From an uncultured Chloroflexia bacterium (GTDB lineage: Bacteria; Chloroflexota; Dehalococcoidia; Dehalococcoidales; RBG-16-60-22), in contig CAWCLJ010000004.1 in the NCBI GenBank assembly GCA_963796365.1, positions 1,229,208 through 1,293,207 of the forward strand: DNA of 64,000 nt. Reading direction: 5' to 3'. Both the position numbers and the translations under genes were made by a program. The notes below the pieces were generated by a model. It was given only the letters and a program-made list of their open reading frames with translations. It made no database searches and was not told the DNA's origin. Below, one piece after another: positions 62,419 to 64,000 of this stretch (position 1 is the stretch's first letter; each line of letters starts with the position of its first letter).

Positions 62419-62572
62419 CAGCTTGGTATTCATTAGAGCATAAGTGCGATTATATGCTTTATCATCCGAATATCTTATCGCCACACCCTGCACAATTGTG
62501 CGTGGCATACTAATAGGGAACCAATAATGAGATAAACGGTGTTGATGTTATACGATCTTGTCAGTAGCTAAC

Positions 62573-64000
62573 TGTTAAGGGAAAATGTCAGTCATGAAGA
62601 AGGAACTGACATTGAAACAGATAGAACTACCAAGGATAACCATTCTGAATCGAGTTCTGGAAAAACAGATGACGGTCGATGAAGCAACTCGCATACTGGA
62701 GCTGAGTGAGCGCCAAATTTGGCGGTTGCTGGGAGCATACCGGAAAGAAGGTGTGTCGGCGATCGCCCATGGTAACAGAGGCTTGAAACCAGCCAATGCT
62801 ACTTCCTGTGAAATCAGGAACAAAGTCTTAGACCTAGCCCGTACTACCTATGCCGGTCTCAACCACACCCACCTCACGGAGATCCTATCGGAAAAAGAAG
62901 GCATCTCGCTATCCAGGTCCACAGTTCGCAATATCCTGGTAAGTGAAGGACTGTACAGCCATCATCGCCGCCGACCAACCAGGTATCGTAGCCGTCGGCC
63001 TCGCATGTCGCACGACGGTATGTTGATTCAGATGGACGGCAGCTACCACGACTGGTTGGAGGGCCGAGGACCGTGGCTCACCTTATTGTTGGCGGTAGAC
63101 GATGCCACCGGAACAGTGCCATATGCGCTCTTTCGCGAGCAAGAAGATACCGGTGGCTACTTCATGTTGATAGAAGGCATTATCAAACGCCGGGGTATTC
63201 CAATGGCGATTTACACCGACCGACATGCTGTGTTCGACCGTAACCACATGACGTTCCAATCAAAGACAAAGAAAAGCGTTAAAGTACAGACCCAATTTCC
63301 CAGATCGATGAAGGAGCTTGGCATATCAATGTTAGTTGCTAGAAGTCCCCAAGCTAAGGGCCGGATAGAAAGGATGGCTGGCACCTTTCAGGACCGGCTA
63401 GTATCTGAACTACGACTAGCCCGTGCCGAGAACATGCATGACGCTAACCGTGTCCTAGCCGATTACCTTCCTCGATTCAATAAGCGTTTTGGAGTGCCGC
63501 CGCGGCAAACGGAACCCGCGTACCGTCCTGTTGGTTCGGAACTTAACATGAAGGCAATAGTTTGCTGCCGGTATTCCCGTAAAGTGGCCAAAGACAATAC
63601 GGTCAGATATCGTTGGCGCACACTGCAACTGCTGCCGGAACCGGTTCGACGTAGCTACGCCGGGATGAGAGTTGAACTGAGAGAGTATCCCGATGGCAAC
63701 CTAGAGGTGAGCAGGCAAGGGAGAGTAATCAATACACGTGAGGCACCGCCAAGACCACACTATTTCAGTGCCAACAACCCGGAGTCTGCTTATGAACCAG
63801 GCTCTATTCCTGAATGGCTGGATAGAATATTGAGGCAGGAAGGCCCAACACAAAGAATAACAGCCAATTCACCTTTTAGTCGAAAACCCACTTCCCGCCA
63901 AAAGACTCGATGGGAAGCCGTTAGAGAAGCCGAGAGTCGCGGACTCTCAATCCGAGCTATATCTAAGGTGCTCAGTATGAGTCGTAAAACCGTGAGAAAG
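62573..64000 (+). mobile_element. IS1202/ISNCY insertion sequence; DDE transposase CDS 62594 to beyond 64000
   Basis: Left end TGTTAAGGGAAAATGTCAGTC; manual translation LSERQIWRL..HGNRG, QMDGS.HDW, VDDATG, YTDRH, SPQAKGRIER...FQDRL. Confidence 0.9.

Noticed and set aside
55500-62500. Integron cassette array
   Set aside because: Genes have mixed orientation, no recognisable attC sites and no IntI in the window

Overview
64 kb of bacterial chromosome, probably an anaerobic Chloroflexota (Dehalococcoidia-like) genome; the taxonomy is inferred from gene content only. The left edge (1-~2075) is the AT-rich end of an integrative element: a Ser/Thr kinase, an intact tRNA-Ala(UGC), a tyrosine integrase and a tRNA-Ala 3' att fragment, followed by an Nmad3-like gene. 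The middle is metabolic backbone: a tusA-dsrE-iscS-iscU operon whose IscS lacks the PLP lysine, ABC exporters, a DsrMK-like pair, a two-component system, two UroD-family paralogues, a frameshifted Type IIG-like RM gene, a DGQHR-like gene, three MATE genes with MarR, glutaredoxin/FTR, an acyl-CoA catabolic operon with many frameshifts, prpD/MLE, tRNA-Leu-plsY and mpg. The right edge (~54940-64000) is a lower-GC island starting at a tRNA-Cys 3' fragment and ending in an IS1202/ISNCY transposase. Intergenic DNA is crowded with at least four families of palindromic repeats or MITEs. Most intriguing: (i) a LexA-box promoter upstream of a mostly helically phased array of seven ACAAAACGAA-type repeats between the RM and DGQHR-like genes; (ii) a small GIY-YIG gene flanked by the same GTCATT...AATGAC inverted repeats that form empty elements across the window; (iii) the Lys-less IscS sulfur-relay operon; (iv) a predicted pseudoknot covering the RBS of a zinc-ribbon gene. 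All calls are by eye; no searches were run.
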